Positions 1 to 10,254 are shown, numbered from the stretch's first letter. The stretch is 32,000 nt of DNA from an uncultured Candidatus Saccharibacteria bacterium (GCA_964543385.1 CAZIYE010000001.1:30001-62000); one strand, 5' to 3'. Made by a program: numbers and translations. Notes: generated by a model not told the origin, from the sequence alone.

Positions 1-51
1 GGATCAAAGACAATATCAGAAGTAACAGCCATAATCGACAAAAAAATATGA
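1..51 (+). CDS. adk: C-terminal tail of upstream gene, probably adenylate kinase (partial)
   Basis: Open frame 1 reads GSKTISEVTAIIDKKI* and overlaps the map start as ATGA (48-51). adk-map-infA order is typical. Confidence 0.5.
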   Translation, partial: GSKTISEVTAIIDKKI

Positions 52-824
52 ATGAAAATGTCCTGAATAAAGAGCAAATTGTAATTATTAAAGAATGCGG
101 TAAATACTTGTGCGAAGCAATGCACATAGTTTCACAAAACGTTAGGCCAGGGATCTCAACAAAGCAGTTAGATACAATTGCAAAAGAGGAGCTAGAAAAA
201 AGAGGCTGTAGACCGTCGTTTCTAAATTATTATGTGGGAAGTGCTGGTCATTATCCCGCCTCTCTTTGTGTTTCCATTAATGATGAAATAGTTCACGGGT
301 TGCCAACCCATCATCGCTTGATTAAAGAAGGGGATATTGTGTCGCTGGACCTAGGAGCGGAACTTTCTGGTGTCTGTACAGATATGGCTGTCACAATTGT
401 TGCCAAAGGAGAAGGCGATGTTCCAAAGGAAATTGATCACTTAGTCTCAGTGACACGCGATTCATTGTATGAAGGGATTAAGGCAGTAAAAGTTGGTAAT
501 ACAATAGGTGATATTGGTTTTGCGGTTGAAAGCTTAGTCCTAGCGAATGGTCTGGATGTTATAAAAGATTACGTTGGGCATGGTATAGGAACCAAGCCTC
601 ATATGTGGCCGCAGATTCCAAACTATGGTAAAAAGGGTAGCGGACCAAAGATTGTAGAGGGGATGGCGTTAGCAATTGAACCAATGGTTACGTCTGGGGA
701 CATAACCACTGTCGTTCATCCAAATAACTGGACTGTGAAAACTGCCAGCGGACTTAATTCTGCTCATTTCGAACACACAGTTATTATTGAAAATGGACAG
801 CCGAAGATAGTTACCAAGTGTTAG
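48..824 (+). CDS. map: Type I methionine aminopeptidase
   Basis: 258 aa; motifs SINDEIVHGLPTH, GDIVSLDLGAELSGVCTDMAVT, YVGHGIGTKPHMWPQIPNYG, ALAIEPMVT, HFEHTVII. Confidence 0.97.
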   Translation: MNENVLNKEQIVIIKECGKYLCEAMHIVSQNVRPGISTKQLDTIAKEELEKRGCRPSFLNYYVGSAGHYPASLCVSINDEIVHGLPTHHRLIKEGDIVSLDLGAELSGVCTDMAVTIVAKGEGDVPKEIDHLVSVTRDSLYEGIKAVKVGNTIGDIGFAVESLVLANGLDVIKDYVGHGIGTKPHMWPQIPNYGKKGSGPKIVEGMALAIEPMVTSGDITTVVHPNNWTVKTASGLNSAHFEHTVIIENGQPKIVTKC

Positions 825-886
825 TCTCTGAGATGTCTTAGAGTGTTGACTTAACGTTTAATTTATGTTAAATTTATCCAAGTAGT

Positions 887-1132
887 ATGTCAAAAAACGA
901 TGTAATTGAAGTTAATGGTAAGGTTATTGAGGTTTTGCCGGATTCTAAATATCGAGTAGAATTAGAGAATGGTCACCAGGTTCTTGGGTACCTCTCCGGT
1001 AGAATGAAACAAAACCGAATTCAAGTCACAACTGGTGACTCAGTCCTTGTGGAACTCACTCCATATGACCTGTCACGAGGGCGAGTAATTCGTCGCTTGA
1101 ATCAAAACCAACCACCAAGACCAAAGGTTTAA
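887..1132 (+). CDS. infA: Translation initiation factor IF-1
   Basis: 81 aa; EVNGKVIEVLPDSKYRVELENGHQVLGYLSGRMKQNRIQVTTGDSVLVELTPYDLSRGRVIRR. Confidence 0.97.
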   Translation: MSKNDVIEVNGKVIEVLPDSKYRVELENGHQVLGYLSGRMKQNRIQVTTGDSVLVELTPYDLSRGRVIRRLNQNQPPRPKV

Positions 1133-1176
1133 AAAACTTTATTAAGGGTAGATTTTATTTTTGTTGAAAAATATAT

Positions 1177-1323
1177 ATGAAAGTACAAGCATCAGTTAAA
1201 AAAATCTGCGATAAATGCAAGGTTGTCATAAGAAGTAAAAAAGGCAAGTCTTCTCGAACAAGTTCAAAGAGAAGGGTATTTGTTTTGTGCGAGAATCCTA
1301 AACATAAACAGAGACAAGGATAA
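1177..1323 (+). CDS. rpmJ: 50S ribosomal protein L36 with enlarged central loop (missed by the ORF track)
   Basis: Read directly: [49 protein letters not shown]- and C-terminal L36 signatures are present, between infA and rpsM. Confidence 0.95.
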   Translation: MKVQASVKKICDKCKVVIRSKKGKSSRTSSKRRVFVLCENPKHKQRQG

Positions 1324-1326
1324 ATA

Positions 1327-1710
1327 ATGGCTAGAATAGCAGGAATAAATCTTCCTAATGAAAAAAGAATAGAAATTGCACTGACTTATCTTTTCGGTAT
1401 TGGATTACCTCTAAGTCAAAGCATTCTAGGTGAGCTGAAGATTAGCCCTGATATTAGAGTTAAAGATGTAACTGACGAAGATCTTGAAAAGATCAGACAA
1501 TATATTTCTAAAAGATATCGAGTTGAAGGTGATCTTAGATCTGAAATCTCACAAAATATAAAGAGATTGAAAGACGTAGGTAGCTACAGAGGATTGAGAC
1601 ACAGTAAGAATTTGCCTGTCCACGGTCAAAGAACAAAGACTAATGCCAGAACAAAAAGAGGCAAAAAGGTCACCGTAGGATCAGGACGAAGAACAATTGA
1701 GAAGACATAA
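1327..1710 (+). CDS. rpsM: 30S ribosomal protein S13
   Basis: 127 aa; [49 protein letters not shown]. Confidence 0.98.
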   Translation: MARIAGINLPNEKRIEIALTYLFGIGLPLSQSILGELKISPDIRVKDVTDEDLEKIRQYISKRYRVEGDLRSEISQNIKRLKDVGSYRGLRHSKNLPVHGQRTKTNARTKRGKKVTVGSGRRTIEKT

Positions 1711-1743
1711 TATATTAAGTTTTTAAATTGAGTTTATACACAA

Positions 1744-2148
1744 ATGGCAAAAGAGTCAGCTAAAGCAGCAAAAAAAATTGTAAAAAAGAAATCAAAGAGC
1801 CCAGTCTATTCTGGTAATATTTATATTCAATCAACTTTCAATAACACTCTAGTTACAATAACTGATGATAAAGGTGGAGCAATTGCGTCATCGTCATCTG
1901 GAGCTCTTGGATTTAAGGGAGCCAAAAAATCAACACCTTATGCTGCACAGCTTGCAGTTTCTGCTGCCGCTGAAAAAGCTAAGGCTAGAGGATTGAGTAA
2001 AGCTAATATTTACGTTTCCGGTGTCGGCCCAGGTAGGGACTCTGCAGTTAGAGCACTTATGGGCGCAAATATTGAAGCTGCTTTTATAAAAGATGTAACT
2101 CCAGTTGCGCACAATGGTTGCAGACCTAAAAAATCTAGAAGAGTATAA
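1744..2148 (+). CDS. rpsK: 30S ribosomal protein S11
   Basis: 134 aa; [47 protein letters not shown]. Confidence 0.98.
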   Translation: MAKESAKAAKKIVKKKSKSPVYSGNIYIQSTFNNTLVTITDDKGGAIASSSSGALGFKGAKKSTPYAAQLAVSAAAEKAKARGLSKANIYVSGVGPGRDSAVRALMGANIEAAFIKDVTPVAHNGCRPKKSRRV

Positions 2149-2168
2149 TAACGTTCAAAGGTAAATAA

Positions 2169-2762
2169 ATGCTAAAAGCTTGTAAAAAATGTAGAAGAGA
2201 GAGCATGAAACTTTCACTCAAAGGTGAGAAGTGTTTGTCAGCAAAATGCCCAGTAACCAAGAGGCCATATGCCCCCGGCGATCATGGTCAAAATTTTCGA
2301 AGCAAACTTAGTGAATACGGTAAGCAGCTTCGCGAAAAACAGAAGGCTCGCAAGATATATGGTATCGGCGAAGTACAATTTCGAAGTTATGTTGCCCTTG
2401 CTGAAAAATTAACTGGTAATAAAACAGAAAATATTATGCGTCTCCTTGAGACAAGACTGGATAATGTTGTCTATCGTCTAGGTTTTGCAAATTCCAGATC
2501 AGAAGCAAGACAGATGGTTTCTCACGGCGCCTTCAACGTTAATAGCAAAAAAGTCACAATTCCTTCTTACAGAGTTAAGGCTGCTGATGTTATTTCTCCA
2601 AAGAGAGCTGAAAGGTTCAAAGAGTTATCACTTAGTTCATCTCAGCTTTGGCTTGATTCTGATTCCAAGAAGCTAACCGGCACTATCAAACACTTGCCAT
2701 CAAGAGAAGAAATCGATACTCCGGTCAACGAAAACTTGATTATTGAATTTTACTCACGATAA
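2169..2762 (+). CDS. rpsD: 30S ribosomal protein S4, Cys-containing form
   Basis: 197 aa; MLKACKKCRRES...CLSAKCPVTKRPYAPGDHG and S4 domain RLDNVVYRLGFANSRSEARQMVSHGAFNVN. Confidence 0.97.
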   Translation: MLKACKKCRRESMKLSLKGEKCLSAKCPVTKRPYAPGDHGQNFRSKLSEYGKQLREKQKARKIYGIGEVQFRSYVALAEKLTGNKTENIMRLLETRLDNVVYRLGFANSRSEARQMVSHGAFNVNSKKVTIPSYRVKAADVISPKRAERFKELSLSSSQLWLDSDSKKLTGTIKHLPSREEIDTPVNENLIIEFYSR

Positions 2763-2778
2763 TACTAAGGAGAATATA

Positions 2779-3708
2779 ATGGAAAAGATAAATTTACCAA
2801 AAATCAGTGAGGAAAAAGTAAGTGAATTTCATTCAAAATTCACAGTCGAACCTTTGTATCCAGGGTATGGCTCTACAATAGGCAACGCTCTCAGGAGAGT
2901 TCTTTTGTCTTCTATTACCGGCGCTGCCGCAACATCATTTAAGGTTGATGGCGTTACTCATGAGTTTACTTCAATTGCGCATGCAAAAGAAGATGTCGTT
3001 GAGTTGATGATGAATCTCAAAAACATCCACTTCAAATCATTTAGTGACGAACCAGTTACACTTGAACTGTCTAAAAAAGGTCCTTCGGAGGTAACAGCAA
3101 AGGATTTTAAAGCAAATAGCAGTGTTGAGATTATAAATCCTGACACCCATATTATCACTTTGGACAAAAATGCTGATTTCTATCTTGAAGTGACTATTGA
3201 GAAAGATAGAGGATTTAGACCTGTTAATATTGGCATTGGTGAAAGAAGTGAAATTGGCAGAATCGGTATTGACGCCTTCTTTTCTCCAGTAGAGAGAGTT
3301 TCTATGCAAATTGGAAACACTCGTGTTGGGCAAATGACAAACTATGATAAATTAGAGCTTGAGATAGTGACAAACGGAACTATCACTCCAGATGAGGCCG
3401 TTAAGGAAGCATCGAAAGTTCTAGTCGATCATTATCAAGCAATTATTTTGGGAGAGATTGAAATAGAAGAAGTTGCCCAACATGATAGTAACGTAGTTGA
3501 AACTGTTGAGACCGAAAATGACGGAGATAACCTTGACAGCAAAACAAAAGTTGAAGATTTGAAACTATCACCTAGAACAACAAACGCTCTTATTAATGCC
3601 GGGATCAAAACTTTCGGCGGGCTAAAGAGACTATCATCTCTAAAAGTTGAAGAAATAAAGGGTCTTGGCAAAAAAGGTGTAGACGAGATTAATGCAATTT
3701 TAGGATAA
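2779..3708 (+). CDS. rpoA: DNA-directed RNA polymerase alpha subunit
   Basis: Start trimmed from 2743 to the ATG at 2779, preceded by AAGGAG. GYGSTIGNALRRVLLSSITGAA and C-terminal LSPRTTNALINAGIKTFGGLKRLS. Confidence 0.97.
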   Translation: MEKINLPKISEEKVSEFHSKFTVEPLYPGYGSTIGNALRRVLLSSITGAAATSFKVDGVTHEFTSIAHAKEDVVELMMNLKNIHFKSFSDEPVTLELSKKGPSEVTAKDFKANSSVEIINPDTHIITLDKNADFYLEVTIEKDRGFRPVNIGIGERSEIGRIGIDAFFSPVERVSMQIGNTRVGQMTNYDKLELEIVTNGTITPDEAVKEASKVLVDHYQAIILGEIEIEEVAQHDSNVVETVETENDGDNLDSKTKVEDLKLSPRTTNALINAGIKTFGGLKRLSSLKVEEIKGLGKKGVDEINAILG

Positions 3709-3709
3709 A

Positions 3710-4159
3710 ATGAACAGGATTCAAAGCAACAAATCAAATAAAGGCCATATATTACGGAATTTAGCTACTTCCCTTATTCTTTTTGAACAGCTCGAAACCA
3801 CAGAGACAAAGGCCAAGGCAGTTAAATCTTATGTCGATAAAATCCTTGCAGGAGCCAAAACATCTGATTTTAATTCAATTCGAACTTTGAATAAAGTTTT
3901 CTTTGATAAAAATGCCGTTAAAAAAGTAGTAGAAGAGCTTGTTCCTCGGTATAAATCGCGCAACAGTGGCTTCATAAGAAGCTTTCACCTAAAGAATAGA
4001 TTAGGAGATAATGCTGCAATGATGAGGCTTGAGCTTATCGATAAGAAAGTTTTTGTTGATAAAGAACCATCTAAGTTAGAGGATAATAAGAAGGTTGTTT
4101 CTAAAAGCGATATTAAAGAAGAAAATACTAAGGCTAAGGTAACTAAAAATGCAAAATAA
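3710..4159 (+). CDS. rplQ: 50S ribosomal protein L17
   Basis: 149 aa; HILRNLATSLILFEQLETTETKAKAVKSYVDKI, follows rpoA. Confidence 0.95.
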   Translation: MNRIQSNKSNKGHILRNLATSLILFEQLETTETKAKAVKSYVDKILAGAKTSDFNSIRTLNKVFFDKNAVKKVVEELVPRYKSRNSGFIRSFHLKNRLGDNAAMMRLELIDKKVFVDKEPSKLEDNKKVVSKSDIKEENTKAKVTKNAK

Positions 4160-4559
4160 AAGCACAGAAAAAGATTGGTATATATTTGATGCAAAAGGTA
4201 AAGTTCTAGGTCGACTTGCGACAGAAATTGCTACCTTGTTAAGAGGCAAGAATAAGCCTGGTTTTTTGCCAAATATTGATAATGGCGACCATGTTGTTGT
4301 ATTAAATGCCAAAGAAGTTGCACTTACTGGCAAAAAAGAAGAGCAAAAGAGATACTACAAACACACTGGTTATTTGGGAAATTTAAAAACCTACACAGTA
4401 CCAGAACTAAGAGAAGATCACCCAGAAGAGATAATCAACCATGCTGTAAGAGGTATGCTACCAAAGAATAAGCTTTCTGATTTGTTTATGGGTCGCTTAA
4501 ATGTTTATGCTGGCGATACTCATCCTCACCAAAATGTTAAGTTTAAGAACCAAGGATAA
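4149..4559 (+). CDS. rplM: 50S ribosomal protein L13
   Basis: 136 aa; WYIFDAKGKVLGRLATEIATLLRGKNKPGFLP, YAGDTHPHQNVKFKNQG; overlaps rplQ. Confidence 0.97.
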   Translation: MQNKSTEKDWYIFDAKGKVLGRLATEIATLLRGKNKPGFLPNIDNGDHVVVLNAKEVALTGKKEEQKRYYKHTGYLGNLKTYTVPELREDHPEEIINHAVRGMLPKNKLSDLFMGRLNVYAGDTHPHQNVKFKNQG

Positions 4560-4561
4560 AA

Positions 4562-4948
4562 ATGACTGCAAAAGAAACACAAGAAACATATTGGGCAGGA
4601 GTTGGCAGACGTAAAACAGCAGTCGCCTCTGTCAGAATATTCGAAAAAGACAAAAACATTACTGTAAATGGGAACAAGACAGAGTTACCAGAATCAATCA
4701 TGTCGCTATTTGAGTTGGTTGGTAAAAAAGGTAGCTTCGGATTATCCATAAAGGCTTTAGGTGGCGGAAAAGAAGGTCAGCTTGAAGCAATAAGACTTGG
4801 GATTGCTAGAGCACTAGAAAAGTTCAATTCTGATTATCGTTCAGTATTGAAAAAGGCTGGCTATCTCACAAGAGATCCAAGAGAAAAAGAAAGAAAGAAG
4901 CCAGGTCTGAAAGGCGCTCGTAGAGCACCTCAGTGGGCAAAACGTTAA
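4562..4948 (+). CDS. rpsI: 30S ribosomal protein S9
   Basis: 128 aa; GVGRRKTAVASVRIF, GIARALEKFNSDYRSVLKKAGYLTRDPREKERKKPGLKGARRAPQWAKR. Confidence 0.98.
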   Translation: MTAKETQETYWAGVGRRKTAVASVRIFEKDKNITVNGNKTELPESIMSLFELVGKKGSFGLSIKALGGGKEGQLEAIRLGIARALEKFNSDYRSVLKKAGYLTRDPREKERKKPGLKGARRAPQWAKR

Positions 4949-4963
4949 ATTTTATTCTCTCAT

Positions 4964-5003
4964 ATTACAAAAGTACCCCTATTTACCGGGGTACTTTTGT
5001 AAT
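4964..5003. terminator. Rho-independent terminator after rpsI
   Basis: Perfect 16-bp inverted repeat ATTACAAAAGTACCCC / GGGGTACTTTTGTAAT with an 8-nt loop. Confidence 0.85.
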
Positions 5004-5045
5004 ATTGAGTTGGCAAATTAGTCATTTTCTGATAAGGTAAAGCAA

Positions 5046-5381
5046 ATGGTAACATCGAGAATGCAAAAATTTGATGAATTGGTCAAAAGAGAACTTTCTA
5101 AGGAAATGCAAACGCTATTTCCAGATAGTTTTATTTCGATAACTCAAGTTCACGTTTCAAAAGACCTGTCGTTTGCCAAAATTTGGCTTACTACACCTAC
5201 GAAAGATATAGATATAATGGTAAAGCAAGTACAAGCCAAAACATCAGATATTCGCAGAAAACTCTCTCAGAAAATTATTGCAAGAAAAGTACCAAATCTT
5301 TATTTTGTTTCTGATAAAACAGAAGAGCATGCTCAAAAAATAGAAAACCTTCTCTCGGAAATTAAACATAACGATAAATGA
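5046..5381 (+). CDS. rbfA: Ribosome-binding factor A
   Basis: 111 aa; SRMQKFDELVKRELSKEMQ...ITQVHVSKDLSFAKIWLTT...RVPNLYFVSD. Confidence 0.85.
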   Translation: MVTSRMQKFDELVKRELSKEMQTLFPDSFISITQVHVSKDLSFAKIWLTTPTKDIDIMVKQVQAKTSDIRRKLSQKIIARKVPNLYFVSDKTEEHAQKIENLLSEIKHNDK

Positions 5382-5761
5382 CATCGATAGTAAGAAATTT
5401 ATTCTTTCTTTTTTCCATTACATTATTTGGAATTACTTCCACTGTTTTGGCGCTGTTTAATTATAATCCATTCACATCCAATGTGACCGTTTTCATAAAT
5501 TTTTATGCTTCATTCTTTGTAGCTATTGCTGGCATCATTGCAATAATAATCCTTTACATAAAATCCAGACGTTCGCCTAATTCAAACAACAATACATTTT
5601 TTTGGCCTTCCGTAAGACAAGCCTGTCTAATATCACTTATATTTACAACGCTATTAGTTTTAAAAGGTTTAAAAATACTGGACCTATTGATCGGGGTATC
5701 TATAGTTATAGTAGTATTTTTGTCAGAGCTGTTTTTTCAAACTAAAAGGCAATTTAAGTAA
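5378..5761 (+). CDS. Hypothetical membrane protein, about four predicted TM segments
   Basis: 127 aa; overlaps the rbfA stop by 4 nt; several long hydrophobic stretches. Confidence 0.7.
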   Translation: MTSIVRNLFFLFSITLFGITSTVLALFNYNPFTSNVTVFINFYASFFVAIAGIIAIIILYIKSRRSPNSNNNTFFWPSVRQACLISLIFTTLLVLKGLKILDLLIGVSIVIVVFLSELFFQTKRQFK

Positions 5762-5778
5762 TCAACAAGAGTAAAATT

Positions 5779-6459
5779 ATGAATAAGGGAAATTTACATC
5801 CACTAACGCAGCTACTAAATAAAGCCGTTTCAATATTTGAAGAGCTTGGATTCGATGTTTATGAGGGCCCAGAAGTTGAATCTGAGTGGTATAATTTTGA
5901 TGCACTGAATGTTCCAAAGGATCACCCGGCCAGAGATATGCAAGATACATTTTGGATTTCAAATAAAAAGTTACTGCGAACACAGACTTCAAATGGTCAA
6001 ATTAGATACGGGGAGTCACACAAACCGCCAATTAAAGTTATTTCACCGGGCCAAGTTTATAGAAATGAAGCAACCGATTTCAAGCATGAAACCAGTATTT
6101 ATCAACTAGAAGGTCTTTATATTGATAAGGGCGTAAATGTAGGACATCTTTTTGGGACATTAAAGCATTTCTTCGAGAAAATGTATGGCGAAGACACCGA
6201 GGTAAGATTCCGCCCAAGTTTCTTTCCATTTGTTGAGCCAGGATTTGAAGTGGAAGCAAAATACAAAGGCAAGTGGATAGAGCTTCTTGGCGCGGGCATG
6301 GTTCACCCAAATGTAATAAAAAATATGAAACTCGACCCTGAAAAATACACTGGTTTTGCATTTGGCATGGGCATAGATCGCTTGGTAATGCTAAAATACG
6401 GAATCGAAGATATTCGCAACTTACGTTCAGGCGATTTACGTTTTCTAAAACAGTTTTAA
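5779..6459 (+). CDS. pheS: Phenylalanyl-tRNA synthetase alpha subunit, short form lacking the N-terminal tRNA-binding coiled coil
   Basis: 226 aa; [66 protein letters not shown]. Confidence 0.95.
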   Translation: MNKGNLHPLTQLLNKAVSIFEELGFDVYEGPEVESEWYNFDALNVPKDHPARDMQDTFWISNKKLLRTQTSNGQIRYGESHKPPIKVISPGQVYRNEATDFKHETSIYQLEGLYIDKGVNVGHLFGTLKHFFEKMYGEDTEVRFRPSFFPFVEPGFEVEAKYKGKWIELLGAGMVHPNVIKNMKLDPEKYTGFAFGMGIDRLVMLKYGIEDIRNLRSGDLRFLKQF

Positions 6460-6487
6460 TCAGACAAACACACAAGAAAGACAAACC

Positions 6488-8758
6488 ATGAAAATAATAA
6501 GAAGTTGGCTAGAAGAGTATCTGCCAAGTATGAAAAATAAAAGTAATGAAGAAATTGCTGAAATCTTCCATCTTGCAGGGATAGAGGTTGAAGGCATAGA
6601 GGCAGGTCTTCATGAGAACGTTGTCGTAGCAAAAATTATAAAAATTGATAAGCATCCCGACGCAGATCGCTTAAATCTAGCCGAGGTGACTGATGGAGTC
6701 AGCAATTACAAAATTGTTTGTGGGGCGCCGAACATCAAGACAAACCAGGTTGTTCCTCTCGCAAAAATTGGGGCAATATTGCCTGGAGGTTTTGAGATTA
6801 AGAAAGCCAAGATAAGAGGAGTTGAATCAGACGGTATGCTTTGTGCTGCTGATGAGATCGGAATTGGAAGTGACCACTCTGGTATTATCGAGCTATCCGA
6901 TGAATATCAGCTAGGAAAACCTCTCAGAGATTACATTTCTAAAGAAACTATATTTGATATCTCAATTACACCAAATAGAGGAGACTGGCTCTCTCATTTT
7001 GGTGTTGCTCGGGAATTAGGAGCCTTCACAAATATCATCGTTAAAAAAAGCCCAATAAGTCTCCATCAATCTGCAAATGACGTTAAAGAGTTGTTAAATT
7101 TGGAGGTTGAAAATACCAAGAAATGCCCTCAATATTACGCGCGTGTCATTAAGGGGATTAAAATTGCCAAATCGCCAAAATGGCTTAGAGATAAGCTCGA
7201 AGCATCTGGAGTTAGATCAATAAATAATGTTGTTGATGTCACCAACCTTATACTCCTAGATTTTGGCCATCCACTTCATGCTTTCGATTATCAAAAAATT
7301 GCAGGCAAAACGATCGTTGTTAGGTCGGCTTTGGATAATGAAAAAATAGAGACTCTTGACGGCGTAACCCGCGAATTAGACAAAAATGATTTAGTGATTG
7401 CCGATAAGGACAAAGCAATCGCAATTGCCGGTGTAATGGGGGGTCTTAATTCAGAAGTAACAAACAAAACAACCAATGTAGTTTTAGAAGCTGCTGTCTT
7501 TGATCCAGCTTCAATAAGAAAAACCTCCAAGAGACTAAAACTGCAATCAGAAGCAAATTACCGATTTGAAAGAGGCATCGATGAAGGTGGCACTGAGTAT
7601 GTCATTAACAAGGCCGCAAATCTGATTATGGAAGTTGCGGGAGGAATAATATCAAAAGGAATATTGAAATCAGGTCAGACACCACAGCAGAAACAAGTTA
7701 AAATAGATTATTCAAAAATCAACAATCTTCTGGGGGTCAGTCTCCAATCAGACGAGATTAATCATTATTTAAAGTTGTTAGGGTTTGAGATAAAAGACAA
7801 CACAGCGATAGTACCACTTTGGCGTAACGACGTATCAATTATTCAAGATCTTGCTGAAGAAGTGGGTAGACTGCATGGCTACGATAATATCGTACCTGTT
7901 AAGCCAGCGAAAGAAACTCCCCCTAAAAAATCCATATATTATTCAAAACAATATTTAAAAGAAATTATTGCCCAAAATGGCTTTAGTGAGACAATTAGTT
8001 ATCCTTATTTATCCCAAAAAGATATTGATTTATTGAATATAAAAAGCAAAGATTTATTAGAGGTAGTAAATCCATTGCAAGACGAATACAAATATCTTCG
8101 CACTTCGCTAATACCTGGCCTTATCAAGGCGATTGCCAAGAATCCCGCCTTTGATCCAACTCTGTTATTCGAAATTTCGCATGTATATACAAAGGATGTC
8201 GAACAAACGAATCTTGCTATCGTATCGTCTGGTAAAAACGCAAAGAAAATTCTTGAAGATACTCTAAATAGCTTAGAAAAAAACCTTGGAAAGTCTATCT
8301 CTAAAGAAGTAGATGAATTTCCAAGAGAACAACTAGTTAAATTCAAAGTAAAAAAACCAGCAATTTATACGTTTGAGATAGACACTGACGAACTGCTGAA
8401 AAAATCAGTCGTTGATGACAGTAAACTAAAGCTTAAAATTTCGAATAAAGAGGTGACGTACAGACCAATTTCCAGATTTCCGATGATTACTAGAGACCTA
8501 GCCTTCATAGTTGATAAAAGCGTTGATGCGCAGGAACTATCTAAAGACATCTATAAAATTTCAGATTTGATAAATAGAGTAGAACTATTTGATGAATTTG
8601 CCTCTGATAAATTTGGCCTAGGCAAAAAGAATATTGCTTATCATATCTACCTGCAACACATAGAAAGAACATTGGTAGATAGTGAAGCAGATAAAGTTGT
8701 CAAAGATATTACAGACAAAATTGAAAAAGAATATAAAGCAACATTAAGAGGTAAGTAA
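6488..8758 (+). CDS. pheT: Phenylalanyl-tRNA synthetase beta subunit
   Basis: 756 aa; EMAP-like tRNA-binding domain, B3/4 and B5 regions, C-terminal FDX-ACB region RPISRFPMITRDLAFIVD. Confidence 0.97.
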   Translation: MKIIRSWLEEYLPSMKNKSNEEIAEIFHLAGIEVEGIEAGLHENVVVAKIIKIDKHPDADRLNLAEVTDGVSNYKIVCGAPNIKTNQVVPLAKIGAILPGGFEIKKAKIRGVESDGMLCAADEIGIGSDHSGIIELSDEYQLGKPLRDYISKETIFDISITPNRGDWLSHFGVARELGAFTNIIVKKSPISLHQSANDVKELLNLEVENTKKCPQYYARVIKGIKIAKSPKWLRDKLEASGVRSINNVVDVTNLILLDFGHPLHAFDYQKIAGKTIVVRSALDNEKIETLDGVTRELDKNDLVIADKDKAIAIAGVMGGLNSEVTNKTTNVVLEAAVFDPASIRKTSKRLKLQSEANYRFERGIDEGGTEYVINKAANLIMEVAGGIISKGILKSGQTPQQKQVKIDYSKINNLLGVSLQSDEINHYLKLLGFEIKDNTAIVPLWRNDVSIIQDLAEEVGRLHGYDNIVPVKPAKETPPKKSIYYSKQYLKEIIAQNGFSETISYPYLSQKDIDLLNIKSKDLLEVVNPLQDEYKYLRTSLIPGLIKAIAKNPAFDPTLLFEISHVYTKDVEQTNLAIVSSGKNAKKILEDTLNSLEKNLGKSISKEVDEFPREQLVKFKVKKPAIYTFEIDTDELLKKSVVDDSKLKLKISNKEVTYRPISRFPMITRDLAFIVDKSVDAQELSKDIYKISDLINRVELFDEFASDKFGLGKKNIAYHIYLQHIERTLVDSEADKVVKDITDKIEKEYKATLRGK

Positions 8759-8766
8759 GGATATAT

Positions 8767-10200
8767 ATGAAAAGAATAATGATAGAGGAAACGGTCAAGA
8801 AAGTGGGCGAAGAGGTAATGGTTGAGGGCTGGGTCCACACTCGTCGCGATCATGGTAAGATTGTTTTCATTGATATGCGAGATAAGTCTGGCATTTTGCA
8901 AGTTGTATTTGTGCCAGGATCGAAAGCCTACGATAAAGTTAAAGATATTAGACCAGAGTGGGTTATCTTATTAACTGGGCTTATAAAGGCCAGACCAGAG
9001 AAAATGATAAATGCCAACATGGTTTCAGGCACCGTAGAGATGGAAGCTGTTGATCTCGATATTTTAAGTGAGGCAAAAACTCCGCCCTTTGAAGTAGACA
9101 AAAATACTAAGTGTGTTGACGAAGAATTAAGATTAAAATACCGCTATCTTGATCTTAGAAGTGAAAGAATGGCTAAAAATATCACTTTGCGCCATGAAGT
9201 GATCAGATTTGTTCGCGAATACTTATGGAAAGAGAATTTCAGAGAGATAGAGACACCATATTTGACTAAATCAACCCCTGAGGGGGCTAGAGAGTTTATA
9301 GTGCCATCTAGAGTATATCCAGGGGAATTCTACGTCCTACCACAAAGCCCACAGCAATTTAAGCAGCTTCTGATGGTTGGCGGAATTGAAAGATATTTTC
9401 AAATTGCCAGATGTTTCCGCGACGAAGACCAAAGAGGTGATAGACAGCCAGAGTTCACCCAACTTGATCTAGAGATGAGTTTTATCGAGCAAGAAGATCT
9501 ATGGAACCTGATCGAACCAATGATGATAGAAATGGTAGAGAAATTAGTTCCAAACGCAAAAATCACTAAAAAACCATTTCCTCGTATAACCTACACAGAA
9601 TCGATGGAAAAATATGGCACTGACAAGCCTGATCTAAGAGAAAATAAAGAAGATCTAAATGAATTTGCATTTACCTGGATTATTGACGCACCACTGTTTA
9701 AATATTCTCAGACAGATAAAAAGCTAGTGTCCAGTCATCATCCATTTACCATGCCACAAGATCAAGACTTGTCATTATTGGAGAAGGAACCTGAAAAAGT
9801 CAGAGCCTATGCCTATGACCTAGCCCTGAATGGCAGTGAAATATTTGGAGGTTCTATTAGAATACATAAACGGGAAATACAGAATAAGATCTTTGATCTG
9901 CTTGGCGTTTCCGCCGAGGAAAAAGAGAGAAGATTCGGCCATATGTTAAACGCATTTGAGTATGGAGCTCCTCCTCATGGCGGAATAGCGGCTGGTATTG
10001 ATAGAATAGTTGCAATAATGGCTGGGGAAGAGGGCATTCGTGAAGTAATGGCATTTCCAAAAACAGGGGACGCAAGAGATGCAATGATGGGTGCTCCAAG
10101 CCAAGTCTCAGAACAACAGCTTAAAGATGTACATATTTGCCTACGTAAAGAGGCAGAGGGCAAAGAGCTCAAAGGTGCTGATACAGTTATAGGAGACTAA
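8767..10200 (+). CDS. aspS: Aspartyl-tRNA synthetase (bacterial-type core, compact)
   Basis: 477 aa; EGWVHTRRDHGKIVFIDMRDKSG, RDEDQRGDRQPEFTQLDLEMSF, YGAPPHGGIAAGIDRIV. The large GAD insertion appears absent. Confidence 0.95.
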   Translation: MKRIMIEETVKKVGEEVMVEGWVHTRRDHGKIVFIDMRDKSGILQVVFVPGSKAYDKVKDIRPEWVILLTGLIKARPEKMINANMVSGTVEMEAVDLDILSEAKTPPFEVDKNTKCVDEELRLKYRYLDLRSERMAKNITLRHEVIRFVREYLWKENFREIETPYLTKSTPEGAREFIVPSRVYPGEFYVLPQSPQQFKQLLMVGGIERYFQIARCFRDEDQRGDRQPEFTQLDLEMSFIEQEDLWNLIEPMMIEMVEKLVPNAKITKKPFPRITYTESMEKYGTDKPDLRENKEDLNEFAFTWIIDAPLFKYSQTDKKLVSSHHPFTMPQDQDLSLLEKEPEKVRAYAYDLALNGSEIFGGSIRIHKREIQNKIFDLLGVSAEEKERRFGHMLNAFEYGAPPHGGIAAGIDRIVAIMAGEEGIREVMAFPKTGDARDAMMGAPSQVSEQQLKDVHICLRKEAEGKELKGADTVIGD

Positions 10201-10211
10201 AGATCATTTCG

Positions 10212-10254
10212 CAAAAAAGCCGAATGCCCAGTTGGAGTTACTCGGCTTTTTTGT
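10212..10254 (+). terminator. Rho-independent terminator after aspS
   Basis: AAAAAAGCCGA...TCGGCTTTTTT. Confidence 0.85.
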
